A stretch of DNA of 44,552 bases from an uncultured Reyranella sp. (GCA_964480235.1 CAYZQZ010000002.1:1-44552); one strand, 5' to 3'; positions 1 to 9,879 are shown, numbered from the stretch's first letter. Made by a program: numbers and translations. Notes: generated by a model from the letters alone, not told the origin.

Positions 1-95
1 CCCAGCGTCACCTTGACGGCGTCGGCGAGGATGTCGACGCCGCGCAGCATGCGCTGGCGGGCGTCGCCGCTAAAGCGGACTTCTTTGGCTGCCAT
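1..95 (-). CDS. groEL: Chaperonin GroEL, 5' portion (truncated by window edge)
   Basis: Manual translation [32 protein letters not shown]; GAGGA SD upstream; directly downstream of groES. Not in the ORF track. Confidence 0.98.
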   Translation of the reverse strand, partial: MAAKEVRFSGDARQRMLRGVDILADAVKVTL

Positions 96-146
96 TGTTC
101 AAATTCCTCGTGATGTCTGTTGTGAGTGAGTTGAGCGACAGGGGCC

Positions 147-461
147 TTAGGCCGCCTTCTTCATCGCGCCGGAACCCTCGAGGATTCCCATGATGTCGCT
201 TTCCTTCATGATCAGGTACTCGACGCCGTCGAGCTTGACCTCGGTGCCGGACCACTTGCCGAACAGGATGCGGTCGCCGGCCTTGACGTCGAGCGGAACC
301 AGCTTGCCGCTCTCATCCCGGGCGCCCGGACCAACGGAGACGATCTCGCCTTCCATCGGCTTTTCCTTGGCCGTGTCCGGAATGATGATGCCGCCCTTGG
401 TCTTGCCTTCTTCCTCGACTCGCTTGACCACGACGCGGTCGTGAAGCGGACGGAACTTCAT
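147..461 (-). CDS. groES: Co-chaperonin GroES
   Basis: [14 protein letters not shown]...[13 protein letters not shown]...KWSGTEVK; ATG at 461 preceded by GGAGG. Confidence 0.99.
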   Translation of the reverse strand: MKFRPLHDRVVVKRVEEEGKTKGGIIIPDTAKEKPMEGEIVSVGPGARDESGKLVPLDVKAGDRILFGKWSGTEVKLDGVEYLIMKESDIMGILEGSGAMKKAA

Positions 462-526
462 GCTCTTGCCTCCATATCCCAGTTGAACCTCGGAGCAGCC
501 GACCGGCCGCCCAGAATTTGGACCTG

Positions 527-553
527 TCAGCACTCTCCTGCGGTGAGTGCCAA
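527..553 (-). promoter_or_regulatory. CIRCE element (HrcA operator)
   Basis: Minus strand TTGGCACTC-N9-GAGTGCTGA versus consensus TTAGCACTC-N9-GAGTGCTAA, upstream of groES. Confidence 0.93.
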
Positions 554-564
554 AGGCGCACGGG

Positions 565-593
565 ATTTAGGGTTGTGGGTTGTTCGAGTCAAG
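565..593 (-). promoter_or_regulatory. Putative RpoH (sigma32)-type promoter of groESL
   Basis: Minus strand CTTGAC-N15-CCCTAAAT, like the alphaproteobacterial RpoH consensus CTTG...CCTANAT, just upstream of CIRCE. Confidence 0.6.
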
Positions 594-755
594 GCGGCCA
601 GCGACTTAGAGCGCCAAGTCATCTCGCAGGAGCAGCATGGACTAGCAGCAATCGCCAGTGTTTGCTGCTAAGCCATTGATGTGGAACGATTTTTGCTGAA
701 TTCCAAAGCGCGGCGCGTAACTATTCCCTGACTAGCGTCGTGTCAAGGAGTGACA

Positions 756-1022
756 ATGGACCGGAGTTTTGTTGCTCAGCTCAACGATTATCGCATCACC
801 ACGGCCGAAATCCTCTACTGGATGCCCGATCACAAGCATCTGCTGCAGTCCTACATCTGGCAGAACCTGGATATGGCCCCCCGCTTTCCCAATCTCGCCA
901 AGTTCCTCGATTTCTGGGAGCGCAACCTCGACGGCAAGCTGCACAAGGTGACCGTCGCCAACACGCGGCTGATCAAGCCGGCCGAGTTCAGTTTCGCTTC
1001 CGGCGTCTACCATCTGAACTGA
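756..1022 (+). CDS. usg: Usg family protein
   Basis: YRITTAEILYWMPDHKHLLQSYIWQNLDMAPRFP...FW...LDGKLHKV motif; AAGGAG SD; typically beside groES in alphaproteobacteria. Confidence 0.92.
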   Translation: MDRSFVAQLNDYRITTAEILYWMPDHKHLLQSYIWQNLDMAPRFPNLAKFLDFWERNLDGKLHKVTVANTRLIKPAEFSFASGVYHLN

Positions 1023-1059
1023 CGTTGACGCGACGGTGCCGCCGGGGTCCGCTGGCGGC

Positions 1060-2037
1060 ATGAAGCGGAGAAGCGCCCTCGCTGTCCTCGGTTCCTTGCC
1101 GGTGGGCATACTGCCGTACGCCGCACCGGCCGGCGCGCAGGAGAATTGGCCGGCCAAGCCCGTGCGACTCGTCGTGCCGTTCGGACCGGGCGGATCGGGC
1201 GACATCGTCTCACGTATCGTGGCGCACGAACTGGAAAAGGCGGCGGGGCAACCCTTCGTCGTCGACAACAAGCCTGGCGCCACCGCCATGGTCGGCACGG
1301 CGATCGTCCGGCAGGCGCCGGCCGACGGCTATACGCTGCTTCATGGCTCGACCTCGAGCCTCGCGGCCAACCCCAGTCTCTACAAGCAAATGACCTACGA
1401 CCCCGACGACTTCACCACGGTCGCGGTCGACGGCACGATCCCGGGCTTCGTGCTGGTGGCGAAAGACGCGCCCTACAACACGATCAAGGAATTCATCGCC
1501 TGGGCCAAGACCCGCAAGGAGCCGATTTTCTCCGGGTACGGCAACACGCCCTCGCGAGTGCCCTCGGCGCTGTTCGCCGAGCAGAGCGGCGTTCAACTCG
1601 AAGAGGTCGCCTACAAGGACGCAGTGCCCGCGATCCAGGACCTGATCGGCGGGCGCATCCACGTCACCTTCCCGGACATCGTGATCGGCGAGAGCTACGT
1701 GCGGTCGGGCCAGGTCAAGGCACTGGCCGTGACTTCCGCGCAGCGTGCGCCGCAATGGCCCAACCTGGAAACGGTCGCCGAGACCTTTCCGGGCTTCGAG
1801 GTCATCGCCTTCCTGTCCTTTTCGGTGCGCAAGGAAGTGCCGGTCGCGATCCAGCAGAAGCTGAACCGTTGGGTGATGGAGGCGCTCTACAAGTCCGACG
1901 TGATGGAACGACTGTTGAAGATCGGCATCACGCCGCCGCCGCGCGACTGGGACATCGCGAAATCCGATGCTTTCGTGAAACGCGAGCGGGAGCTTTGGAC
2001 GAAATACATCAAGCTCGCGAAGATCGAGCCGCAATAG
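1060..2037 (+). CDS. Bug/TctC tripartite tricarboxylate transporter substrate-binding protein
   Basis: Twin-Arg-like signal MKRRSAL; WPAKPVRLVVPFGPGGSGD, VVDNKPGA, ADGYTLL motifs. Confidence 0.93.
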   Translation: MKRRSALAVLGSLPVGILPYAAPAGAQENWPAKPVRLVVPFGPGGSGDIVSRIVAHELEKAAGQPFVVDNKPGATAMVGTAIVRQAPADGYTLLHGSTSSLAANPSLYKQMTYDPDDFTTVAVDGTIPGFVLVAKDAPYNTIKEFIAWAKTRKEPIFSGYGNTPSRVPSALFAEQSGVQLEEVAYKDAVPAIQDLIGGRIHVTFPDIVIGESYVRSGQVKALAVTSAQRAPQWPNLETVAETFPGFEVIAFLSFSVRKEVPVAIQQKLNRWVMEALYKSDVMERLLKIGITPPPRDWDIAKSDAFVKRERELWTKYIKLAKIEPQ

Positions 2038-2968
2038 CGCGCGAGGACTCGTATTCGGCGGCGGTCCGCTCGACCAACTCGGCGACCGACGGGATATCGC
2101 TCACGCCCGAGACCGAGTGGCCCGCACTCCAGATGTCCTTCCAGCGCTTCGCACCCGGCTTGTCGCGTTCGGCGGCGTTGATGTCCTTGGCGATGTCGAT
2201 CCCGCCGCGCTCGGGCAGATTGTCCGGATCGAGGCCCGCGGCTGAAATTGACGGCCTCAGCATATTGGTTTCGAGGCCGGTGAAGGCGCGGGTGAGCTTA
2301 ACGTCGTCGAGCCGGCTCCTGACCAGCATCTCCTTGTAGCCGAGCTTGGCAAGACTCTCGCGCGTGGCGATGAACTTCGTGCCCATGTAGGCCAAGTCGC
2401 AGCCCAGAGTCTCGGCGGCGGCGACGGCATGGCCGTCCGACATGCCGCCCGCCATCACGACGATGCCGTCCCAGAACTGGCGCACTGCGCGTACGAAGGC
2501 GAAGGGATTGACCCAGCCGGTCTGGCCACCGGCGCCTGCAGTCAGCAGCACCAGCCCGTCGACACCCGCCGCCACCGCTTTTTCGGCGTGACGCACCGAG
2601 GCAACATCGGCCAGCACCAGGCAGCCTGCGTCCTTGAGCGGCTTCAGTACCGGCTCCGGCGAGCCGACCGACGTGATCACTATCTCTGCCCTGGCGCGGA
2701 GCACGGCAGCAAGATCGTCCTGCACCCGCGGATTGGACCGGTGCACGATCAGGTTGGGACAGAAGGGCGCGGCGCCTTCGGTCGCCTGCCTGATCTCGGC
2801 GAGCCAGGCATCGAGCTCCGCGACGGTGCGGCAGTTGGCGGTCGGAAACGAGCCGATCACGCCGGCGCGGCACGCCGCCGTCACCAGTGCTGGCCCCGAT
2901 ACCAGAAACACCGGTGCCGCGATCAACGGCAATCGGAGGCGATTCCTGAGCGAAGACGGCAGCGACAT
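2009..2968 (-). CDS. Nitronate monooxygenase / 2-nitropropane dioxygenase family flavoprotein
   Basis: LPLIAAPVFLVSGP, AGAGGQTG, MAGGMSDG, AYMGTKFIATRES, IWSAGHSV motifs. Confidence 0.9.
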   Translation of the reverse strand: MSLPSSLRNRLRLPLIAAPVFLVSGPALVTAACRAGVIGSFPTANCRTVAELDAWLAEIRQATEGAAPFCPNLIVHRSNPRVQDDLAAVLRARAEIVITSVGSPEPVLKPLKDAGCLVLADVASVRHAEKAVAAGVDGLVLLTAGAGGQTGWVNPFAFVRAVRQFWDGIVVMAGGMSDGHAVAAAETLGCDLAYMGTKFIATRESLAKLGYKEMLVRSRLDDVKLTRAFTGLETNMLRPSISAAGLDPDNLPERGGIDIAKDINAAERDKPGAKRWKDIWSAGHSVSGVSDIPSVAELVERTAAEYESSRAIAARSSRA

Positions 2969-2983
2969 GGGGCGGAGCTTACC

Positions 2984-3820
2984 TCAGTGTCCCAGCGCCA
3001 GCATCGCGATCCCGAACACTACTGTCGCCGAAGCGACGAGGCGGCGGGCGCCGAACGCCTCGCGCAGCACGAACGTGCCCAGCACCGCTCCGAAGATCAC
3101 GCTGGTCTCGCGCAGCGCCACGACCGGCCCGAGCGGAAGGCTTTGAGCCGCTGCAAGATAGGCAAGAAAGCCGGCCACCGAAAAAACGCCCGCCAGCAGG
3201 CCGGTGGCAGCATGGCGACGGGCATAATCGACGAATGCCGGCCGCCGCGTCAGCAGGGCGAAGCCCACCATGGCAACGCCGTTCACGATCTCGAGCCAGG
3301 CCTGGAAGCCCAATACGGTCCCGCCGTGGCGAACACCCATGCCGGCGAGGAAACTATAGGCCGCGACGGTGGCGCCCGTGGCGAGAGCCAGACCGGCGGC
3401 CACGCGGCTCGCACCGGCGCCAAACGACAGCACCATGATGCCGAATGAAATCAACGCCACGGCCAGGATCTGGCCGGTGCCCAATGACTCACCGATGACG
3501 AGAAAAGCAGCCAGCGTGGTCAGGACCGGTGCGAGGCCGCGGGCCAGTGGGTAGACGACGCTCAGGTCGCCGATACCGTAGGAGCGGATCAACAGGGCGT
3601 AGTAACCGAACTGCACAAGGGCAGTGAGCACCAGCCAGGGCCAGCCGGCGGCAGACGGCCAGTCGACAAAGGGCAGGGCGAGCAGGCCGAGGGCCAGGCC
3701 GACGACGCGAATTGCGACCATCGTCATGGTGCGATCGCCCGCCGACTTCATCATCGCGTTCCAGACCGCGTGAGCGAACGCCGACACGATAACGAGTCCA
3801 TAGAGAGCCGCCGCAGACAT
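2984..3820 (-). CDS. EamA/DMT family transporter
   Basis: SAFAHAVWN, GDLSVVYPLARG and ALRETSVIF motifs; about 10 hydrophobic helices. Confidence 0.9.
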   Translation of the reverse strand: MSAAALYGLVIVSAFAHAVWNAMMKSAGDRTMTMVAIRVVGLALGLLALPFVDWPSAAGWPWLVLTALVQFGYYALLIRSYGIGDLSVVYPLARGLAPVLTTLAAFLVIGESLGTGQILAVALISFGIMVLSFGAGASRVAAGLALATGATVAAYSFLAGMGVRHGGTVLGFQAWLEIVNGVAMVGFALLTRRPAFVDYARRHAATGLLAGVFSVAGFLAYLAAAQSLPLGPVVALRETSVIFGAVLGTFVLREAFGARRLVASATVVFGIAMLALGH

Positions 3821-3933
3821 CGGTCCCGATTGGCGGGCCGGCGGCTGCGGCGGTCAATGTCGTTTCAGGGCCAGGTTCGCTTCGCAGACAGGTGCCGCGA
3901 AGCGAGCCGCCCAGAGAAACCCGACGGATGGAA

Positions 3934-4563
3934 TCAAGCGGCTTGCGCCAGACCCTCCTGCTCGAGCGTGCGCTTGACGGCTGGGCGCGCCTTCATGCGC
4001 TCGTAGAACGCGGCGACGTTCTTGGGTAGCGGCATCTTCATGCGCGCGGCGGCCCAGAACACGACGTAGAAGAGCGCAGCGTCGGCGATCGAGAGCTGCT
4101 TGCCGCCGATGTAGTCCTTGCCTTCCAGCGCCTTGTCCATGAGGGCAAGGCCGCCTTCCATGATCTCCTTGCCGCGTGCCTTGACCTTGTCATGGTCGGC
4201 TTCGGTCGGCGCGTAGTTGGCCGGCCGGAACATGCGGGAGAAGCCCTGCATGTGCATGGTCGAGACGACATAGTCCATCGCCTCGAAGACGCGCGCCTCG
4301 GCGTCGGGATCGGACGGCAGCAAGCCCTTCTCGGGGTTCTTGCGTGCCAGCCAGGTGGCGATTGCCGGGAACTCGGTCAGCACCGAGTTGTCGTCCTTCT
4401 GCAGGGTCGGAACCTTGGACTTCGGATTGATCTTCACGAAGGCCGGGCCGTACTGCTCGCGGTTGGCGCCGTCGATCTTCTGCAGGTCGTAGGGCTTGCC
4501 GATTTCCTCGAGCAACACATGGATGCCGATCGAGCAGGCGCCGGGCATGTAATAGAGCTTCAT
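3934..4563 (-). CDS. Glutathione S-transferase (beta-class-like)
   Basis: MKLYYMPGACS, KINPKSKVPTL, LTEFPAI, SIADAAL motifs. Confidence 0.95.
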   Translation of the reverse strand: MKLYYMPGACSIGIHVLLEEIGKPYDLQKIDGANREQYGPAFVKINPKSKVPTLQKDDNSVLTEFPAIATWLARKNPEKGLLPSDPDAEARVFEAMDYVVSTMHMQGFSRMFRPANYAPTEADHDKVKARGKEIMEGGLALMDKALEGKDYIGGKQLSIADAALFYVVFWAAARMKMPLPKNVAAFYERMKARPAVKRTLEQEGLAQAA

Positions 4564-4636
4564 TCGAGACTCCCTTTTTGAGTGCTAGGGTGGACGGCGG
4601 ACGCTAGCACCGGGCTGCCGAAGGGGGAACGATTCA

Positions 4637-5413
4637 ATGCCAACAACGAGTTTGCGGTCTCTCATTGGCACTGCAGGTCCGAAGATCGGAACATTCCTGT
4701 TCGAGTTCGCCACGCCGGGGATCGGCCAGATCCTGAAGGCCGCCGGCGCCGATTATGCCGTGCTCGACATGGAACACACCGGCTTCGGATTCGACCGGGT
4801 CCGAGAGGTCGTTCGCTACTGCCAGGCCGCCGATTTGCCGCTGATCGTCCGGGTACCATCACAACAGCGTCATCACATCTCGCGTGCGCTCGATGCCGGC
4901 GCCGAGGGTGTGATGGTGCCGATCGTGTCGTCGGTCGCCCAGGCAAAGTCCGTCCTCGATGCGGCCAAATACTGGCCGGACGGCACTCGCGGCGTGGCGC
5001 TCGGCCTGGCGCACGAGCGATTCGCGATGAGAAGCGAGCCGCTGCTCGATCGCTTTACCGAGCAGAACCGACGCACCGTCATCATCCTGCAGGTCGAGGA
5101 CCCGCGCGGCGCCGAGGCTGCCGACGAGATCGCCGCCCTGCCCGGGGTCGATGCGTTGTGGCTCGGCCACAACGACCTCTCCGTGGCGATGAACAAACCC
5201 GGCGCCTTCACCGACCCGGTGTTCCTGAAGCATGAGCGGCAGACCATCGCGGCGGCGAAGAAGCACGGCAAGTCGGCCGGACGGCTGGGCGTCGATGCAA
5301 AGCAGTGCGCGGAGTTCGTGAAGCTCGGCTATGACTTCGTCGCCATCGCCGGCGATGTCTGGCTGCTTCAGCAGGCGTTTGCCGCCGGCGTGAGCACGAT
5401 CACGCGCGGATGA
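4637..5413 (+). CDS. HpcH/HpaI aldolase family protein
   Basis: LDMEH, LDAGAEGVMVP, KYWPDGTRG, LQVED, GHNDLS motifs. Confidence 0.92.
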   Translation: MPTTSLRSLIGTAGPKIGTFLFEFATPGIGQILKAAGADYAVLDMEHTGFGFDRVREVVRYCQAADLPLIVRVPSQQRHHISRALDAGAEGVMVPIVSSVAQAKSVLDAAKYWPDGTRGVALGLAHERFAMRSEPLLDRFTEQNRRTVIILQVEDPRGAEAADEIAALPGVDALWLGHNDLSVAMNKPGAFTDPVFLKHERQTIAAAKKHGKSAGRLGVDAKQCAEFVKLGYDFVAIAGDVWLLQQAFAAGVSTITRG

Positions 5414-6617
5414 TTGCCGGCAAAGAACGAATACCGCGGATGAAGTTCGAGTAGAGCCTCACCGGCGGACCGGTGATTTCGATCCTGAGATCCCGCACCA
5501 GCACTTCTTCAAAGAGGATTCGCAACTGCATCTCGGCCAAGCGGTCGCCGACGCAGCGGTGAATGCCGGCGCCGAACGACAGATGGTGCCGTACCTTTGG
5601 CCGCTCGATGTCGAAGCGTTCGGCATCGACGATCGCCTCGTCGTCGCGATTACCGGAGACGTACCACATCACGACTTTCGAACCCTTTGGAATTGCCTTG
5701 CCACGGAGCTCCGTGTCGCGCGTCGTGGTCCTGCGCATGTGAATGACGGGCGTGTGGTAGCGAATGATCTCAGATACCAGGTTCGGGATCAGGCTGCGGT
5801 CGGCGCGCACCTTGTCGTACTGGTCAGGATTGTCGAGCAGGGCCATCAGCCCGCCCGACATCGAATTGCGTGTCGTATCGTTGCCGCCGACGATCAACAG
5901 CGCGAAATTGCCGATGAACTCGTTGAGCGGCATCGCCCGGGTCGCCTCGGCATGGGCCATCATCGAAATCAGATCGAACTTTGGCGGCTGCGCGGCCCGC
6001 TCCTTCCACAGCTCGGCCATCGTGGCGGCCATTGTCTTGAGCTCTGACATGCGCTCGGCGTTGCTCTTCACGACGGCATCCTCGGCCTCGACGTTGCAGA
6101 TCGCGACGTCGGACCAGTGGCTGAGCTTGCGGCGGTCCTCCTGCGGGAAGTCGAACAGCGTCGCCAGCATCATGGCGGTGAGTTCGGTCGAGACCCTGTC
6201 GGCCCAATCGAAGACTTCACCACGCGGCAGTCCATCGAGAACCGCCTGGGTGCGTTCGCGGATCAGGCCCTCCATGTTGGCGAGATTCGAGGGCGCGACG
6301 ATCGGCGCCACGGTCTTGCGCTGGGCGGTGTGACGCGGGGGGTCCATGCGGATGAAATTGGGCAGTTCCTCGCCCTGTGGCTGATCTGTGATCTGGATGC
6401 CGCCCAGCGCCGAAGCCGACGAATAAGTTCCGTGATCGAGCTCCACCTTCATAATGTCGGCATAGCGTGTGACCGACCAATACGGTCCGTAGGGGCTGTC
6501 GGAATGGAAGTGGACGGGATCCTCACGGCGAAGCCGGGCGAAAGGCTGTCGCCATAAATCCTCTCGATAGAGACGGGGATCACCGAGATCGACATCTAAA
6601 AAGGGCAAGTCCGGCAT
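5400..6617 (-). CDS. Cytochrome P450, CYP153-like
   Basis: Heme motif FGAGIHRCVG, EIIR, I-helix GNFALLIVGGNDTTRNSM. Confidence 0.95.
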   Translation of the reverse strand: MPDLPFLDVDLGDPRLYREDLWRQPFARLRREDPVHFHSDSPYGPYWSVTRYADIMKVELDHGTYSSASALGGIQITDQPQGEELPNFIRMDPPRHTAQRKTVAPIVAPSNLANMEGLIRERTQAVLDGLPRGEVFDWADRVSTELTAMMLATLFDFPQEDRRKLSHWSDVAICNVEAEDAVVKSNAERMSELKTMAATMAELWKERAAQPPKFDLISMMAHAEATRAMPLNEFIGNFALLIVGGNDTTRNSMSGGLMALLDNPDQYDKVRADRSLIPNLVSEIIRYHTPVIHMRRTTTRDTELRGKAIPKGSKVVMWYVSGNRDDEAIVDAERFDIERPKVRHHLSFGAGIHRCVGDRLAEMQLRILFEEVLVRDLRIEITGPPVRLYSNFIRGIRSLPAIIRA

Positions 6618-6752
6618 GATTCAAGGCCGCCTGCAGGGACCGCGCAAGTCAAGCGGTTTTGGTGGCCGGCCCCTCCTTTTGGTGCGTTGACAGGCCGTCG
6701 GCGCGGGCGCAAACCCCTGCCCCGCCGCCGTGTTCCGGCGGCTTTTGACATC

Positions 6753-8705
6753 ATGGCATCGGCCGACTCCAGTTCCTCCCCGCATTCGCCCGGTCACGCC
6801 GTTCCTTCGACGGCAAACGGCACCGATGGCCCGACACCCGCCAAGGCCGCCGCGGCGGCGCTGGTACTGGGCGCGCTCGGCGTCGTGTTCGGCGACATCG
6901 GCACCAGCCCGCTCTACACGCTGCGCGAGACCTTTACCCACGGCTCGGGAATCACACCGACGCCGCGTCACGTGCTCGGCGTGCTGTCGATCCTGTTCTG
7001 GGCGGTCACCAGCACGGTGACCATCAAGTATGTGACGCTGATCATGCGTGCCGACAATAAAGGCGAAGGCGGCGTGCTGGCGCTGGCGACGCTCGCCACG
7101 CAGGGGCTGAACGGCGGCAGCCGACGCGTGCGGAACGCCATCGTTCTTTTCGCGGTGATCGGTCTGGCCCTGTTCTACGGCGACGCGGTGATCACGCCGG
7201 CGATGACGGTGATGAGTGCCATCGAAGGCCTCGACGCGGTGGCACCCGAACTCACCCCCTATGTCGTGCCGATGTCCCTGACCGTCCTGGTCGGACTGTT
7301 CCTGCTGCAGGCCCGCGGCACCGAGCGGGTCGGACGACTGTTCGGCCCGGTGATGCTCGTGTGGTTCTTCGTGCTGGGCGTTCTGGGCGCCTGGCAGATC
7401 GCCAAGCATCCGTCGGTGCTGATGGCGCTCAACCCGATCTACGGCATCCATCTGATCGCCGATCGCGGCTGGCCAATCTTCTTCGCCTTCGGCTCGATCG
7501 TGCTGGCGGTGACAGGCGCCGAGGCGCTCTATGCCGACATGGGCCATTTCGGACGCAAGCCGATCCGCATCGCCTGGCTCGGCATCGTGCTGCCGGGACT
7601 GATGCTGAACTATTTTGGCCAGGGCGCGCTGATCATCGAGGATCCGACCGTCGTCAAACAGGTCTTCTTCGAGATGGTGCCGCAGGAGATGACGTTGGCG
7701 TTGGTGGCGCTGTCCACCCTCGCCGCGGTCATCGCCTCCCAGGCCGTGATCTCGGGCGTGTTCTCGCTCACTCGCCAGGCCATCCAGCTCGGCTATCTGC
7801 CACGCATGGAGATCAAGCACACGTCGGAGACCGAGATCGGCCAGATCTACATTCCACGGGTCAACTGGATCCTGATGATCGCCATCGTGGCGCTGGTCGT
7901 GGGCTTCGGCTCGTCCGACCGGTTGGCCGGCGCCTACGGCCTGGCGGTCACCGGCGCCATGCTGGTGGATGCCGCCCTCGCCACCGCCGTCGCCATCCTG
8001 GTATGGCGCTGGCCGTGGCCGCTCGCCGTTGCGGTATTCGGCGCGCTGGCCGTACCCGACATTTCGTTCTTCATTGCCAACGCGCTCAAGATTCCCGAGG
8101 GCGGCTGGCTGCCGCTGATCGTGGCGGCTTTCGTGTTCTTTACGATCACGACCTGGCGGCGCGGCCGCGAGATCGTCAGCAAGGAGTTGTCCGAGGGCGC
8201 CCTGCCGCTGGTCGACTTCCTGGCCCGCATGGAGCGGGCGCCCAATCGCGTGGCCGGCACCGCGGTGTTCCTGACCACCGACGCCTCGTCGACGCCGGCC
8301 GCCTTCCTGCACAATCTCAAGCACAACAAGATCCTGCACGAGCGCATCATTGTCCTGCAGGTCGATACGCGAGACGTGCCGAGGGTACCGGAAGCGCAGC
8401 GTGTCGATGTGGAGCGCCTCGGCAAGGGCTTCTATTCGGTCGTGGCCCACTACGGATTCATGGAGCAGCCGGACGTGCCGGCCGCGTTGCGCGCCTGCCG
8501 GCCACACGGTATCGCCTACGACGAGATGGAAACGAGCTTTTTCCTCGGCCGCGAGACGCTGGTGCCGGCGCAGCGTTCACGGCTGACTGCGGGCTGGCGG
8601 CGCGATTTCTTCATCTCGCTCTCGCATACGGCATCGGCAACGAAGACATTCTTCCGCATCCCGCCGAACCGGGCGATCGAGCTCGGCAACCAGATCCAGA
8701 TCTGA
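6753..8705 (+). CDS. kup: KUP/HAK/KT potassium transporter
   Basis: GVVFGDIGTSPLY, ADNKGEGG, VTGAEALYADMGHFG, GQIYIP, HNLKHNK motifs; start codon approximate. Confidence 0.97.
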   Translation: MASADSSSSPHSPGHAVPSTANGTDGPTPAKAAAAALVLGALGVVFGDIGTSPLYTLRETFTHGSGITPTPRHVLGVLSILFWAVTSTVTIKYVTLIMRADNKGEGGVLALATLATQGLNGGSRRVRNAIVLFAVIGLALFYGDAVITPAMTVMSAIEGLDAVAPELTPYVVPMSLTVLVGLFLLQARGTERVGRLFGPVMLVWFFVLGVLGAWQIAKHPSVLMALNPIYGIHLIADRGWPIFFAFGSIVLAVTGAEALYADMGHFGRKPIRIAWLGIVLPGLMLNYFGQGALIIEDPTVVKQVFFEMVPQEMTLALVALSTLAAVIASQAVISGVFSLTRQAIQLGYLPRMEIKHTSETEIGQIYIPRVNWILMIAIVALVVGFGSSDRLAGAYGLAVTGAMLVDAALATAVAILVWRWPWPLAVAVFGALAVPDISFFIANALKIPEGGWLPLIVAAFVFFTITTWRRGREIVSKELSEGALPLVDFLARMERAPNRVAGTAVFLTTDASSTPAAFLHNLKHNKILHERIIVLQVDTRDVPRVPEAQRVDVERLGKGFYSVVAHYGFMEQPDVPAALRACRPHGIAYDEMETSFFLGRETLVPAQRSRLTAGWRRDFFISLSHTASATKTFFRIPPNRAIELGNQIQI

Positions 8706-8709
8706 CGGC

Positions 8710-9408
8710 ATGGCCCGGCCCACCCTGGTGCTGCTGCCCGGCCTGCTCAACACGCGCCGCCTGTTCGAGCACCAGATCGCGGCACTGTCCGACAGTTTCG
8801 ACATCGTCGTTCCCGAGTTGCATCACTACGATTCGCTCGGCGCCATGGCCGAAGCGGCCCTGGCAGCGGCGCCGCCGCGCTTCGCCCTGGCCGGATTCTC
8901 GATGGGCGGCTACGTCGCCTTCGAGATCCTGCGTCGAGCCCCCGAACGTGTCGAACGGCTTGCCCTGATCGACACTCAGGCCACTCCTGACCGCCCCGAG
9001 GCGATGGCGAGGCGGCGCGGCTTCATCGAACAGACCAAGCTCGGCCGCTTCCACGGCGTGCAGCCTGCCTTGCTGCCGCAGATCGTCCATCGCGCCCGAC
9101 TTAACGATCCTGCCGTCGTGCAGCCAATCCTCGACATGGCGCTGGAGATCGGCGCTGACGGCTTCGTGCGTGAGCAGACAGCAATTCTCGGGCGGCCGGA
9201 CAGCCGCCACCTGCTGGTCGACATCGAGGTGCCGACGGTCGTGATGGTCGGTCGACAGGACCAGACCACGCCCTTGCCGCGTTCGCAGGAAATGGCAGCC
9301 GACATCGCCAACGCCCGCCTGGTCGTGCTCGAGGAATGCGGACACATGGCGCCCTTGGAGAAACCTGCCGAGGTCTCGGCCGAATTGAGGAGATGGCTCA
9401 CTCAATGA
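8710..9408 (+). CDS. Alpha/beta fold hydrolase
   Basis: GFSMGG nucleophile elbow, GRQD, CGHMAPLE. Confidence 0.93.
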   Translation: MARPTLVLLPGLLNTRRLFEHQIAALSDSFDIVVPELHHYDSLGAMAEAALAAAPPRFALAGFSMGGYVAFEILRRAPERVERLALIDTQATPDRPEAMARRRGFIEQTKLGRFHGVQPALLPQIVHRARLNDPAVVQPILDMALEIGADGFVREQTAILGRPDSRHLLVDIEVPTVVMVGRQDQTTPLPRSQEMAADIANARLVVLEECGHMAPLEKPAEVSAELRRWLTQ

Positions 9409-9806
9409 ACACGATCTATGCCCGCGAAGACTATCTCGGCGCCGACGAATACATCGAGGTCGTAGCCAAGTCCGGCCTCAACCGCCCGATCAGCGATCGC
9501 GGCCGGGTTGAGCGAATGCTCGCGCACGCCAACCTGATCCTGACGGCCCGCCAGGACGGCCGGCTCGTTGGCTTCGCGCGCTCGCTGACCGATTTCTGCT
9601 TCTGCTGCTATCTGTCCGATCTCGCCGTCGACAAGGCCTGCCAGGGCCAGGGCATCGGCAAGCGGCTCATCGAGGAAACCCGCAAGCAGGCAGGCGGCGA
9701 CCTCACCACCACCCTGCTGCTGTCAGCGCCAACCGCGACGACCTTCTACCAGGGCATCAAGATGCCGGCGGCCGACAACTGCTTCCTGTACCGCCGCAGC
9801 CGCTGA
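9405..9806 (+). CDS. GNAT family N-acetyltransferase
   Basis: LVGFARSLTDF...YLSDLAVDKACQGQGIGKRLI; ATGA overlap with the upstream hydrolase. Confidence 0.92.
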   Translation: MNTIYAREDYLGADEYIEVVAKSGLNRPISDRGRVERMLAHANLILTARQDGRLVGFARSLTDFCFCCYLSDLAVDKACQGQGIGKRLIEETRKQAGGDLTTTLLLSAPTATTFYQGIKMPAADNCFLYRRSR

Positions 9807-9810
9807 GTTC

Positions 9811-9824
9811 TTGATCTGGATCAA
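9811..9824. promoter_or_regulatory. FNR/FixK box
   Basis: Perfect TTGAT-CTGG-ATCAA ending 55 bp upstream of the ATG at 9880. Confidence 0.85.
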
Positions 9825-9879
9825 TGTCGGGGTCACCCCGGCTGACATTCTTCCCTCCTGTTCGAGAGGGAAACGTGTC

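Noticed and set aside
2009-2037. Convergent 3' overlaps (also 5400-5413 and 35764-35767) as antisense control
   Set aside because: Short tail-to-tail overlaps are routine in compact GC-rich genomes.
6621-8507. Long antisense or alternate-frame ORFs (also 7361-8968, 20949-23168, 23077-24279, 31939-33153, 33191-34741)
   Set aside because: Shadow ORFs of GC-rich real genes; Arg/Ala/Gly-rich with no recognisable motifs.
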